From: a virus
Lineage: Duplodnaviria > Caudoviricetes
Virus record (IMG/VR): IMGVR_UViG_3300034096_000868
Coordinates: 128-64,127 of that record
DNA length: 64,000 nucleotides
Reading direction: 5' to 3' (one strand)
Every line of letters begins with the position of its first letter. Position 1 is the stretch's first letter. Below the pieces are notes generated by a model, which was not told the DNA's origin, searched no databases, and saw only the letters and a list, made by a program, of their open reading frames with translations. Both the position numbers and the translations under genes were made by a program. Positions 48,680-58,227 of this stretch are shown piece by piece.

Positions 48680-50140
48680 ACCAATAACAAAAAATATTTC
48701 GCAATATTAAATAATCACTTATCCACATTTTCAACCATCCAAATATCCAAAATCGTAGTCCTACAACTACAAATCGTAGTCCTACGAATAACAATGTTAT
48801 TCCTACAACTATCATTTTCCTCTGAAACCCACGCCAGACAAGGAAACCCCTATCTTATCTTATATACTCTAAAATACAACCCAAGTTTATCCACATTTTT
48901 AAACAAGAAAATAATCCAATAAAAATAAACCCAACCATAAAACCAAAAATCAACCACCAAATAATATTGTTTTTTTTATCAAAATTTCTACCACAATTTT
49001 TCAACCACCAAAAAACCAAATAACAAAAACCCCAAGACCAATCTAAATTTATTCTAACAATCAAACCAACAAAGCAATAATCAAAATTAATGATACACAC
49101 TAACTTTTTAGGTATGTCCTTAACTACCCCTCCTACATATTTCAAAAACAAAACTACCCCCTATATGATTTGCAAAAAGTTTCAAAACAAATTCATTTTT
49201 ATTTGGCTGGTTTAAATTGTGATATTATTGTATGGATTGTAATAGCTTAATCTTAATTACACAGATGCTCAAATTAAAGACTTTATATACTTGCATGATA
49301 GTTTGTACATCTCTATCAAAGAAAGTTTAAATTTAGCACCTTAAAATCACAATACCAAAATAGCTTTATTTAGAATTAATCTAAATAGTATCACTGACTT
49401 AGTGACATATTCTATTTAACATAATATAATATTATAAGACACTGTACTATTTACTATACAAAATAGCTATTGTATAAAAAATGATCTATTTTATCAATTT
49501 GTTTGAAGCAAATATCTATAAAAATAAATTCAAAACCTCTGGAAGCCTTGTCTTTGTTACAAAATACCTCATCTAAAAAAAGTCTATTGTTTGAATTGGT
49601 ATGATTGGAATAGTTTATTTAGACAGATTCTAAATAAGGAACTATTGATTTTATTGGTTTTGATTGAGATATGGTTTTGTTATTTAGAATGATTCTAAAT
49701 AGTGGTATAATAATAAAATTTAGGTTAGCCTAAATATTTGTTTTTAGGTTGTTTGTTTGGATCATTGCTTTATATTTTTTATTGAGTAAATTATATACTA
49801 TTGTATTAAATAGGTATGTTTTTTTTATTTTTATATATTCGGATGATAAAAGAGTATATAAATAGGTTAAAGAGGTATTTTTTTTTATATATGGTGCTTC
49901 CTTTGGTCGCACTATGAGTGATTGTAATGTATAAATATGCTTTGTTGGTTGGTTGTATCCTGGTTAATGGTTTCAGATATTAGTGTAAAACTTGTATTTA
50001 TTGCAACTTTTAATAATTAAAATATATATTTTTTAAGTACATTTTTTATGCTATTTTATCAAATATTATCTAAATAGATGTTACAACATATAACTTTTTT
50101 AGTGCTTCAAAGCCTTATAAACATTGAAAAACTAAAAATA
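48680..50140. other. long non-coding region (candidate origin / genome-end / control region)
   Basis: about 1.5 kb without credible ORFs between divergent promoters; contains direct repeats, palindromes and a dif-like site. Confidence 0.6.
49414..49442 (-). other. dif-like XerC/XerD site
   Basis: ATTTAACATAA (reverse complement of the canonical XerD arm TTATGTTAAAT) + TATAATA + TTATAAGAC. Confidence 0.55.
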
Positions 50141-50152
50141 AATGCAAAATAT

Positions 50153-50185
50153 TTTGCATTAATAAAAAAAATATATTTATATTTG
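50153..50185 (+). promoter_or_regulatory. Bacteroidota-type promoter for the early-gene cluster
   Basis: TTTG (50153) ... TATATTTG (50178-50185). Confidence 0.7.
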
Positions 50186-50235
50186 CATCATCAAATTAAA
50201 CAAATATTTATTAATCAAATCAAAAATTAAAAAAA

Positions 50236-51171
50236 ATGAACAATCTAAATTTAACAACAGAAGTAAAAAAATCTAATTCACTAGTACATAGAATTGATAT
50301 TAATAATCAAAAAAATAATTGTATTATAAAAATTAAACTAAATGATGAATGTAAAAATGGACATCAAGACTTTTCAATTACTGCCACTTTTTGGGAAATT
50401 AATAAAGTGAGAAATGATAGAAATATGATTATGGGCGGTTGTTGTCATGATCAAATATTAAAAGTGCAACCAAATTTAAAAATGTTTGTTAATTTGCATT
50501 TATGTGATTATAACGGCGCTCCAATGTATCCAGAGGCTAATGGCTTTTATCATTTAATTAACGGTTTCAATAATACCAAACCACAAGACCCAAACTTTTT
50601 AACAGAATATTGCGACTATTATAGAATTTCAGCAGAACAATTTGCCGAACTTTCAAAAACTAAAGAACAGGATTATTTTGGCTATTTATTACATAAATTA
50701 GGCATATTAGACCAATGGAAAGAAGAAGCAAAAAAAGCTCTTATAGAGTTAGAAAAACTAACAAATACGACATTTGTAAACGATAGTACAAAGCAAAATT
50801 ATAAATTCACTGCGGAACAAATAAAAGAAATTGCAGAAAAAGAAAAAAATGGCTTCTATTCAGTTGAAAATATAGAGCAAAGAGAATCCAAAAAAATAGC
50901 AGATAAAAAAGCTAAATTATTACAAGACTTGAAAGATAATTTCGATAAAAAATATAATGAGGCTTTAATGGATTACGAAATTGATAAGATATTAATTGAA
51001 TTGTTTAATACAAAAGATAATGTAATATTCTACAATCATACTAATAAATGTGTGGTAAATTGGCAAAATAATTCATATACTAAAAAATATACTCTAACAG
51101 AATTTAAGCAATTTATTGACATAGCAAAAAAAAATACTTTGCTAAAACATATTGAATTTGAGTTAAAATAA
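50236..51171 (+). CDS. hypothetical protein (early region)
   Basis: 311 aa with L.DECKNGH..FSITA...GGCCH..I...P....V.LHL.D..G.PMY motif block. Confidence 0.75.
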   Translation: MNNLNLTTEVKKSNSLVHRIDINNQKNNCIIKIKLNDECKNGHQDFSITATFWEINKVRNDRNMIMGGCCHDQILKVQPNLKMFVNLHLCDYNGAPMYPEANGFYHLINGFNNTKPQDPNFLTEYCDYYRISAEQFAELSKTKEQDYFGYLLHKLGILDQWKEEAKKALIELEKLTNTTFVNDSTKQNYKFTAEQIKEIAEKEKNGFYSVENIEQRESKKIADKKAKLLQDLKDNFDKKYNEALMDYEIDKILIELFNTKDNVIFYNHTNKCVVNWQNNSYTKKYTLTEFKQFIDIAKKNTLLKHIEFELK

Positions 51172-51173
51172 AA

Positions 51174-51229
51174 GATTAACTGATGAGGATTAAATATCCG
51201 AAACGGCTTGAAATATAGCCGTATTAATC
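51174..51229 (+). ncRNA. type I hammerhead ribozyme
   Basis: stem I GATTAA/TTAATC, core CTGATGA, stem II GGAT-TAAAT-ATCC, GAAA, stem III CGGCT-TGAAATAT-AGCCG, cleavage triplet GTA (51221-51223). Confidence 0.9.
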
Positions 51230-51268
51230 AAAAGTCAGTCGCAGACTATAACAGGCGAACAAAACAAT

Positions 51269-51787
51269 ATGAAAAATATAAGAATAAAAGTGTACAAGTT
51301 TAACGAACTATCACAAGACGCACAAGACAAAGCTATTGAAAAATTAAATAGTATTAATGTAGATTTTGACTGGTGGGTATATATTTATGAGGATGCCAAA
51401 GAGATCGGATTGAAAATTACTAGTTTTGACTTAGATAGGAACAGACACGCAAAAGGAGAATTTATTTTAAGTGCTGCAGAAGTCTCACAAAATATAATCA
51501 ACAATCATGGAGAAAATTGCGAAACATACAAAACGGCTTCTAATTTTTTAGAGTATTGGCAACCTATATTTAATGCTTACACGGATGAAGAAAATGAAAA
51601 ATATGAAAGTAGAGAAGCAGAGGAAGAAATGCAAGAAATTGAAGAAGAATTTTTATATAGTTTATTAGAAGATTATAGCATAATGTTACAAAATGGATAT
51701 GAATATCTACAAAGTGACGAAGCAATTATTGAAACAATAGAGGCCAATGATTATCACTTTTTAGCAAACGGAGAGCTATTTAATTAA
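51269..51787 (+). CDS. acidic hypothetical protein
   Basis: VYKFNELS..AQ..AIE ... EYL.SDEAI.E.I.AN.Y.F..NG, a pattern common in phage early genes. Confidence 0.75.
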   Translation: MKNIRIKVYKFNELSQDAQDKAIEKLNSINVDFDWWVYIYEDAKEIGLKITSFDLDRNRHAKGEFILSAAEVSQNIINNHGENCETYKTASNFLEYWQPIFNAYTDEENEKYESREAEEEMQEIEEEFLYSLLEDYSIMLQNGYEYLQSDEAIIETIEANDYHFLANGELFN

Positions 51788-51818
51788 CCAATTCAAAACA
51801 CAATCTAAATTTATAAAT

Positions 51819-52055
51819 ATGAAAGACTTATTTGAAGATTACGAAAACCAACCACAAGAAATTGCCGATATAATACAAAGGTATGCCGATGATTTTGGAG
51901 GGGACGGCAACGAAATGGACTATAAAGACACAGCCAATATGTGCGAAGAAATGGAAGCTATAGGCTATACATTCGATTTTGGGCTAGATAACGAGCCGTT
52001 CGGACTTAGACCAATAGGAACAAAATTAGAAGAATTAGAGGGCTTTGAAGATTAA
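51819..52055 (+). CDS. small acidic protein
   Basis: DLFE...P...GYTFDFGLD.EP..L. Confidence 0.65.
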   Translation: MKDLFEDYENQPQEIADIIQRYADDFGGDGNEMDYKDTANMCEEMEAIGYTFDFGLDNEPFGLRPIGTKLEELEGFED

Positions 52056-52305
52056 TAAACACAAAACACATATCATGCAAAATCATCCAATAGCAGAACA
52101 ATACAGCATCCACCGAAAAATCAATATAAGGGCAAACGCTTTGTTTTATTTTGAGTATAAACAATATAAACAAATGCAAGAAAATAAACTAATTTTAGCA
52201 CCTTACTACAACGATAAGCTAATGAATCAAAGCAAATATGTAGCGTATATAAATTCAATACCTCAATACGTTAAAAATTTAGAAAAACATTAAAAATATA
52301 ATACA

Positions 52306-52545
52306 ATGAAACAAACAGAGATAAAACCAACTAATTTAAATTTTTTATTTATAGACCAAATTGCAAACTTTGCACATCTAGTCAAAACGGAAACACAAAG
52401 CAAAGATCAGTTTTTAGAAGCAATAAAAAATACTTATTGCTTATCTAATCCAAAAAATAACTTATTCTATATAGCCACAGAAAAAAGTATTTTTGATACC
52501 ATAAGGCTAAACAATACAAGAAGCTCAATTTTATTTAACCAATAA
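52306..52545 (+). CDS. hypothetical protein
   Basis: 79-aa ORF with an A-rich leader. Confidence 0.5.
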   Translation: MKQTEIKPTNLNFLFIDQIANFAHLVKTETQSKDQFLEAIKNTYCLSNPKNNLFYIATEKSIFDTIRLNNTRSSILFNQ

Positions 52546-52561
52546 CACAAAACACAGACTA

Positions 52562-52846
52562 ATGAACCATATAGTAATACAAGAAACTGGCAAACAAAAT
52601 TTACGCCAACTAGTAATAAAACACGAGATATTTAAACACAGAGAATTTGTCGCACTCCATGACATGGAAAAGCTAATCATACGTAAACCTTATCAAATGG
52701 AGGATAAAAAAACTTATGTGTTTTCAAATAACAAAAGTTATTGTTACGGAACTATTCAAAGCAATGTAGAACCAGGCAAGTACCTCATAGACGAGGAAGA
52801 AAGCAACGAAGACCAATTAATCATCTATTACGAAGATAAAATTTAA
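52562..52846 (+). CDS. hypothetical protein
   Basis: 94-aa ORF preceded by an AAAACACAGAC leader. Confidence 0.55.
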   Translation: MNHIVIQETGKQNLRQLVIKHEIFKHREFVALHDMEKLIIRKPYQMEDKKTYVFSNNKSYCYGTIQSNVEPGKYLIDEEESNEDQLIIYYEDKI

Positions 52847-52964
52847 TAATTAAAATCAAAACACAGACAATGGAAAAGGATATATATAAAGCATTTATTT
52901 ACGTTACGTTCTGCATAGGAGCAGTAGCAGTAATTTACAATCTATTCAATTAAAACACAAAACA

Positions 52965-53192
52965 ATGCACACAAAAATAAATCTAAAAGACTTAGGGCAA
53001 GATATGAAAGTACTTTTTATATCTTCTGATGGTGAAATTCTAAACACAGACCACAATGCTAAAGCCTTTATAGGCAAGTTTGTAGATACAAGTAAGCTAA
53101 ATGTAGGAGATAGCATAAGAATAGGTGCAATAGGCACAAAATACACGAAATATGAGGGATTAATAATCGAAAAAATAACACGAAACGCATAA
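52965..53192 (+). CDS. hypothetical protein
   Basis: 75-aa ORF preceded by AAAACACAAAAC. Confidence 0.55.
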   Translation: MHTKINLKDLGQDMKVLFISSDGEILNTDHNAKAFIGKFVDTSKLNVGDSIRIGAIGTKYTKYEGLIIEKITRNA

Positions 53193-53193
53193 T

Positions 53194-53595
53194 ATGACAA
53201 ACACAATACATAATAAGCTCAAAAAAATAGAATTGCTACAAATCGAATTGAATAGCATTCAAGAAAAAATTATGCAAATAAATAGATTTATGGCAGATAC
53301 TCACAATCTAAATATTCAAAACACAAATCTAACTTTGTCTTTCAAAAAAAAAGATGAAGAACATGGAGATAAAAACACAGAAACTTCATGGATAGATATT
53401 GAAAGACAAAAATTCTTAAAAAGTCATTTTTTGTTTATGTTTGATACTACTCCAGACAATACTTCAAAACACACACACTCCATAGACATTGAAATAAACA
53501 ACACGCTATTAGCAGTAATAATTGACACTATAAATGCCAATCTGCATGAACGTAAAAAATCTATATTATTTGAACTTAAAAACTTACTTAAATGA
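53194..53595 (+). CDS. hypothetical protein
   Basis: 133-aa ORF. Confidence 0.55.
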   Translation: MTNTIHNKLKKIELLQIELNSIQEKIMQINRFMADTHNLNIQNTNLTLSFKKKDEEHGDKNTETSWIDIERQKFLKSHFLFMFDTTPDNTSKHTHSIDIEINNTLLAVIIDTINANLHERKKSILFELKNLLK

Positions 53596-53804
53596 TTTTC
53601 ATGCCTAGAGTTATAGCAGAAAGTATTTGCGACACAAAAACAGAAGCAAATATCATAGAGCAACTAGATGCTAAAGCAGAAAGGATGCTACTAGATAAGA
53701 AAATATGGCAACAAATAATGGTGGATGATCCAACCGAAAACTTAAAAAAACTAATGCTACAATGGAAAATACAAATACAATTACGAAGCTCCCAGCCACA
53801 ATAG
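53592..53804 (+). CDS. hypothetical protein
   Basis: 70-aa ORF with ATGA overlap. Confidence 0.5.
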   Translation: MIFMPRVIAESICDTKTEANIIEQLDAKAERMLLDKKIWQQIMVDDPTENLKKLMLQWKIQIQLRSSQPQ

Positions 53805-53988
53805 GTAAACACAAAACACACACATTAAAGCTATATTTCAAACACATGGAGTTGAAAGCCAGTCTTAATGAAACCTTTGAACTAGAAGCTCTATATAAGT
53901 ACCTGAATGAACAAGAACAAGAGCAATCACTGAAATACCTCAATAAAAAAGGCTATAATTTAACTAATCAAACAATTTTAATAAATAA

Positions 53989-54258
53989 ATGCAAATGAAA
54001 ACAATTAAAATAGGCAGAATAGAAATTGAAGTAAAAGACGGTGATTATATAATGTTTAATGGTTCAGTTTATCAATTTGTTACTGGAGATATGAGAACAT
54101 TAAAACACGAAGGATTTAATATTTACACTAGTTTACGTATGCCAAATACATTGGTTAAAAAAATAAATTTTAGTGAATTAAAACAAGTAGATTTAATTTC
54201 TAATGGAATGGTAATCAAAAAATGGTTTTTTAACAATCAAAATAAAACATCATGCTAA
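53989..54258 (+). CDS. hypothetical protein
   Basis: 89-aa ORF. Confidence 0.55.
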   Translation: MQMKTIKIGRIEIEVKDGDYIMFNGSVYQFVTGDMRTLKHEGFNIYTSLRMPNTLVKKINFSELKQVDLISNGMVIKKWFFNNQNKTSC

Positions 54259-54584
54259 ACTATATATTATTTCAAAACCCAAAAGACACGTATTCTGGAC
54301 TGCCCCATGCAAGTTGTATGATTTACAAACCAGGACAACAGCTAATCAATTACAACCTAAGTAATTCTGATGTAAAAGATAAGCCATTTCTCAATACAGA
54401 ACTACTTGGTAGAATCATAAAAGCTAAAATTGATAAACTCAATTACTCTATTCAGTACGCATACTGGATGCACTCTAAGATTTACGGAGTAAAAAGAAAC
54501 TTTGAGGAATTTAGGATCAATAAAACTCACTATGAAAAAGTAATTCTAGCAAAGAAAATCAAAACACAAAATAAATTTTCTTAA
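54252..54584 (+). CDS. hypothetical protein
   Basis: 110-aa ORF. Confidence 0.5.
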   Translation: MLNYILFQNPKDTYSGLPHASCMIYKPGQQLINYNLSNSDVKDKPFLNTELLGRIIKAKIDKLNYSIQYAYWMHSKIYGVKRNFEEFRINKTHYEKVILAKKIKTQNKFS

Positions 54585-54602
54585 ATTATTAATGAAAAAT
54601 AT

Positions 54603-54632
54603 TTTGCATTTAATAAAATTTAATTATATTTG
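54603..54632 (+). promoter_or_regulatory. Bacteroidota-type promoter for the recombination operon (upstream of array B)
   Basis: TTTG ... TATATTTG; near-copy of the 50153 promoter. Confidence 0.7.
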
Positions 54633-54652
54633 CACTGCTAAAAAATAATATT

Positions 54653-54991
54653 ATGGACAAAAATAAATACAATCACTTAGACAACTTCATTAAACTAGAA
54701 GAAGAACTACAATCTATACTAGAACGCTATCCATACGTTGAAAAAATCAATTTAGTTTACGAACCTAATAGATTATCACAAAACAATCTAAATGCCTTAG
54801 AATTAGCTTATAGCAACTCTGATGCACAGATAGTAAACAACGAACATTCAGGAGAATTTGAAAGCTATTTTATGATGAAATCTAACAAGCTAGAAATGTG
54901 TACTTGGAATGGAATAGCTCCAATGAGTGATGCTGATAAAAAAGAGGAACTAGGGATTGAAAGACTAGAAGAAGAAAGACAATCAAATTAA
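54653..54991 (+). CDS. hypothetical protein
   Basis: 112-aa ORF directly after the promoter. Confidence 0.6.
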   Translation: MDKNKYNHLDNFIKLEEELQSILERYPYVEKINLVYEPNRLSQNNLNALELAYSNSDAQIVNNEHSGEFESYFMMKSNKLEMCTWNGIAPMSDADKKEELGIERLEEERQSN

Positions 54992-55016
54992 TTAATCAAA
55001 ACACAAATACTAAAAA

Positions 55017-55655
55017 ATGTCAGACAATAAACCACAAATATCACTTATTAAGAAAAGCGATTTAACTTTATGCGATTCTCAATTACTTTCTGAAAATCAA
55101 CTGCAATTCATATTAAGACCTACTCCAGAGAAATTCAAACGTAAAAGACCTGCTAAAGGTGGTGGAACGTGGGATTATGTTTCAGTAGGCTATATCCAAA
55201 AAGCACTTAACCTTATGTTTGGTTGGGATTGGGATTTTGAAGTTACAGAGCAAATTGTGAACATAGATGCTAAAGAGGTGATTTGCAAAGGTAGATTGAC
55301 TGTAAGAATAGTTAAGGACGGTCAAACTAGAACGATAACTAAAACTCAATTTGGCAATAAAGATATAATGTTTAGAAAAGATGGCAATATCCCATTATCT
55401 CTAGGAAATGATCTAAAATCTGCTGCATCCGATGCACTTAAAAAATGTGCATCCATGCTAGGGATTGCTCAAGATGTTTATAATGCTACTGAATTTAAAG
55501 AAGTAGTTATTGAAGAAACAATATTTAAAGACGTGGCACAAATGCTTACTAATTGCGAAAGTGCAGATGAAGTAGATGCTGTTTATTTCATGCTTAACGA
55601 GGAGGAGCAAGAGAAATATTTGCCACTTATAAATAGATTGAAAAATGGATTTTAA
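55017..55655 (+). CDS. Rad52/Rad22-family single-strand annealing protein
   Basis: YV....I...LN..FG..W.FEV ... K.AASDALKKCA..LGIA.DVY. Confidence 0.85.
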   Translation: MSDNKPQISLIKKSDLTLCDSQLLSENQLQFILRPTPEKFKRKRPAKGGGTWDYVSVGYIQKALNLMFGWDWDFEVTEQIVNIDAKEVICKGRLTVRIVKDGQTRTITKTQFGNKDIMFRKDGNIPLSLGNDLKSAASDALKKCASMLGIAQDVYNATEFKEVVIEETIFKDVAQMLTNCESADEVDAVYFMLNEEEQEKYLPLINRLKNGF

Positions 55656-56565
55656 CGATTACCTATTTAGAAGCCACATGGTTGGCAATATCATTTGTTC
55701 ATCAAATCCTTTAACCGAAAACCAAAAGGCTAAATTTGAGGAACTACATCAAAGATTTATAGGTAATGGAAAGCCATTAACTCCTAACCAAGACGCAGAG
55801 TACATATCTTTACGACACAAAGACAATGAATCTAAGATTATCAAATTCACAGATACTGCAAAGAACGCTCTAGCTGATATAGTTTTTTACGAAACTACTG
55901 GCCGAAAAAACTTACTAGATATTAAGAATTTCAAAAAAGGTATTATACGCGAAAAAGAATCAAGAGATTTGCTTTCTGCAGTTGCCGGAATACTTTTTAC
56001 AAAAGATGATGAAAGACGTTCTAATCAGTGGGTAACTGGGAAAAGAGATATTAAATTTGACATTATCCTAGATATTAAAAACTCATTTAGCCTAGAATCA
56101 TTTAGAAAACATTTACTAGAAAGCACCAATGCAATATACTTAAGTCAAATGGATTGCTATATGGAGCTATGGGATAGCAAAAATTCAATAATTTGCCATT
56201 GCTTGATAGATACTCCAATACAACTTGTAAACAACGAAATTAGAGCATTATCTTACAAAGTAGATTTATATAATCCTGGTGGAGATATTTATGATGATAG
56301 AATACCCGAAGTGAAGTCTGTAATACAAAATCATATCTTTACTCGTAAAGGACTAGAAGAATATTGTCAGCAGTCTACAAATATTTTTATAGAATGGTTT
56401 GATGATTTCAAAGAGATACCAAAAGAGCAAAGGGTTCACATGATTGAGCATCCATTTAGCCAAGATAGAATTGAACAAAGAAATGAGTGTATCATTAAAG
56501 CTAGGGAGTACATGAATACAATTAAACCTACTAATAAAATTATAAATTTAAAAGATTATTTATGA
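55645..56565 (+). CDS. PD-(D/E)xK (YqaJ/lambda-Exo-like) exonuclease
   Basis: FRSH..G, G...E, G..D....DIK.S, Y..Q...YM motifs; paired with the SSAP. Confidence 0.7.
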   Translation: MDFNDYLFRSHMVGNIICSSNPLTENQKAKFEELHQRFIGNGKPLTPNQDAEYISLRHKDNESKIIKFTDTAKNALADIVFYETTGRKNLLDIKNFKKGIIREKESRDLLSAVAGILFTKDDERRSNQWVTGKRDIKFDIILDIKNSFSLESFRKHLLESTNAIYLSQMDCYMELWDSKNSIICHCLIDTPIQLVNNEIRALSYKVDLYNPGGDIYDDRIPEVKSVIQNHIFTRKGLEEYCQQSTNIFIEWFDDFKEIPKEQRVHMIEHPFSQDRIEQRNECIIKAREYMNTIKPTNKIINLKDYL

Positions 56566-56864
56566 GAATAGAATCGCAAGGCACAAAAAACTTTAAGAAA
56601 TTCATGCTTAAAGCAAAAAAAATAAATTATAGCAAGAATTTGAAAAACTTAAAAAATGAATTTAAGCTAGATGACAGGCAGTATGATTTGCTATATAGAT
56701 ACTTAATTATGGTATTTTGCAAGCCTACAATTCAAGTTTATATTGGTGGATCAGAAATACCTCATATAAAGAAGAATATTGAGAAAGCAAATCAGATATA
56801 CTTGTACGCACAAGCATTTGTTAGTGAGAATAAAATATTGCTTAATCAAGAAATAATTGATTAA
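56562..56864 (+). CDS. hypothetical protein
   Basis: 100-aa ORF, last gene before array B. Confidence 0.5.
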   Translation: MRIESQGTKNFKKFMLKAKKINYSKNLKNLKNEFKLDDRQYDLLYRYLIMVFCKPTIQVYIGGSEIPHIKKNIEKANQIYLYAQAFVSENKILLNQEIID

Positions 56865-56880
56865 CGGAGCAATTTTGCTC

Positions 56881-56997
56881 AACGTCCGAGTGCTTGGCGA
56901 AGTTGCCGAACACAAAAGTTAAACTGAAAAACAAAAGTTGAAATTATGGATAAAGTTGAATTGAAAGACGAAACGGCAATTTTGCCAAACCCGTGTT
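56881..56997. repeat. attC-like hairpin B1
   Basis: TTGGCGAAGTTGCCG / CGGCAATTTTGCCAA; arm GTTATGTGCTGGGC vs GCCTTGCACATAAC. Confidence 0.8.
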
Positions 56998-57569
56998 ATG
57001 TGCTGGGCGGTTTAAAGAAGTATTCTGTTATTTACGCTGACCCTGCTTGGAGTTACGATTTTAAAGAGCCTACTGCATCCAAAGGTGGGGCGAAAGGAAG
57101 TGGTTATTCAGCAGGTGTTAATTACTACTATGGAACAATGACAACTAAACAGATACTTGAATTGCCTGTAAAAAACATTTGCGAAAAGGATTGTGTGCTT
57201 TTTCTATGGGCGACTAATCCGCTTTTACCCGAAGCCTTAGAAACGATGAAGGCTTGGGGGTTCAAATACAAAACGATGATTACTTGGCACAAAGAACGAT
57301 GCAAAGGAATGGGATATTGGTTTCGTGGGCATACCGAACATATTTTAGTAGGGGTAAAAGGGAATGTAAAAGCGTTTCGTTCTTTGGAACACAATATAAA
57401 AAAGTTGCCCGTAGAAAAGCATAGCAAAAAGCCTGATGAATTTAGGCAAATGATTGAAGCAGTTACAGGCAATTTAGGAAATAGAATAGAATTGTTTGCA
57501 AGGAATAACCACGAGGGATGGGATGCTTGGGGAAATGAAGTAGGTTCGTCTGTCGAAGTAGGATGGTAG
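56946..57569 (+). CDS. cassette B1: MT-A70-family N6-adenine methyltransferase
   Basis: YSVIYADPAW, LFLWAT, WGFKYKT..W.K, G.GYWFRG.TEH, HSKKP, IELFAR, GWDAWGNE. Confidence 0.9.
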   Translation: MDKVELKDETAILPNPCYVLGGLKKYSVIYADPAWSYDFKEPTASKGGAKGSGYSAGVNYYYGTMTTKQILELPVKNICEKDCVLFLWATNPLLPEALETMKAWGFKYKTMITWHKERCKGMGYWFRGHTEHILVGVKGNVKAFRSLEHNIKKLPVEKHSKKPDEFRQMIEAVTGNLGNRIELFARNNHEGWDAWGNEVGSSVEVGW

Positions 57570-57579
57570 CCTTGCACAT

Positions 57580-57702
57580 AACGGTCTAGGGCTTGACGCA
57601 GGTAGGAATAGAAAGCATAATTGCTTGTTTACTTACCAATGCTGAAAAGAGTGCTAAAGCCGAATAAAGCACCAAAGCCCTACTTGCGTTCAAACCCTTG
57701 TT
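57580..57702. repeat. attC-like hairpin B2
   Basis: AGGGCTTGACGCAGGTAGG / CCTACTTGCGTTCAAACCCT; arm GTTATATGCCGTTTT vs AAAATGGCATATAAC. Confidence 0.85.
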
Positions 57703-57751
57703 ATATGCCGTTTTTATCGGCTCAAATTTTTAACTTTTAAATAATAAATAT

Positions 57752-58087
57752 ATGTCTAAAATAACACAAGAAGATTATACAAAAGCACTTGAAACTATTA
57801 AAAAATTTCAATGTCAATGCTCAAAATGCGGAACACAATTTGGTGATAGGTGGGAATGGAATGCAAATTCATTCAAACTACAATTAAATATAGATTGCCA
57901 AAGTACAGACGCTTTATTTGGCGAAAAAGCAAATGAAATAGGGTTTAATCATCCTGCAATAGAAAAAGGTGCAGGGTATCAAAGATTAACGATTTCAAGC
58001 GGTAGAGAATTGCCTTATAGACTTTGTCCATCTTGTCATAGAAAGTTTTTTCGTCTTATAGGGGACTTTCTGCAAAATGGCATATAA
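57752..58087 (+). CDS. cassette B2: Zn-finger-like protein
   Basis: CSKCG ... LCPSCH; stop codon in TAAC. Confidence 0.7.
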   Translation: MSKITQEDYTKALETIKKFQCQCSKCGTQFGDRWEWNANSFKLQLNIDCQSTDALFGEKANEIGFNHPAIEKGAGYQRLTISSGRELPYRLCPSCHRKFFRLIGDFLQNGI

Positions 58088-58176
58088 CGTGATGCGGCTT
58101 TGTGTCTGTTTGCCCCTTGCTCAAAGTTTCAAGTTATCACAAATGTTGATGGGGCAAATAGCACAAAACCGCTGTT
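58086..58176. repeat. attC-like hairpin B3
   Basis: GCGGCTTTGTGTCTGTTTGCCCC / GGGGCAAATAGCACAAAACCGC; arm GTTATAGGCAGTAGGG. Confidence 0.85.
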
Positions 58177-58227
58177 ATAGGCAGTAGGGATTTTTAGCAG
58201 AATGTTTAATTTAAAAACAAATAAAAA

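Noticed and set aside
48855-49151. 98-aa minus-strand ORF
   Set aside because: It is the translation of a low-complexity A/C-rich tract (F/W/G/L-rich product) with no coding signal.
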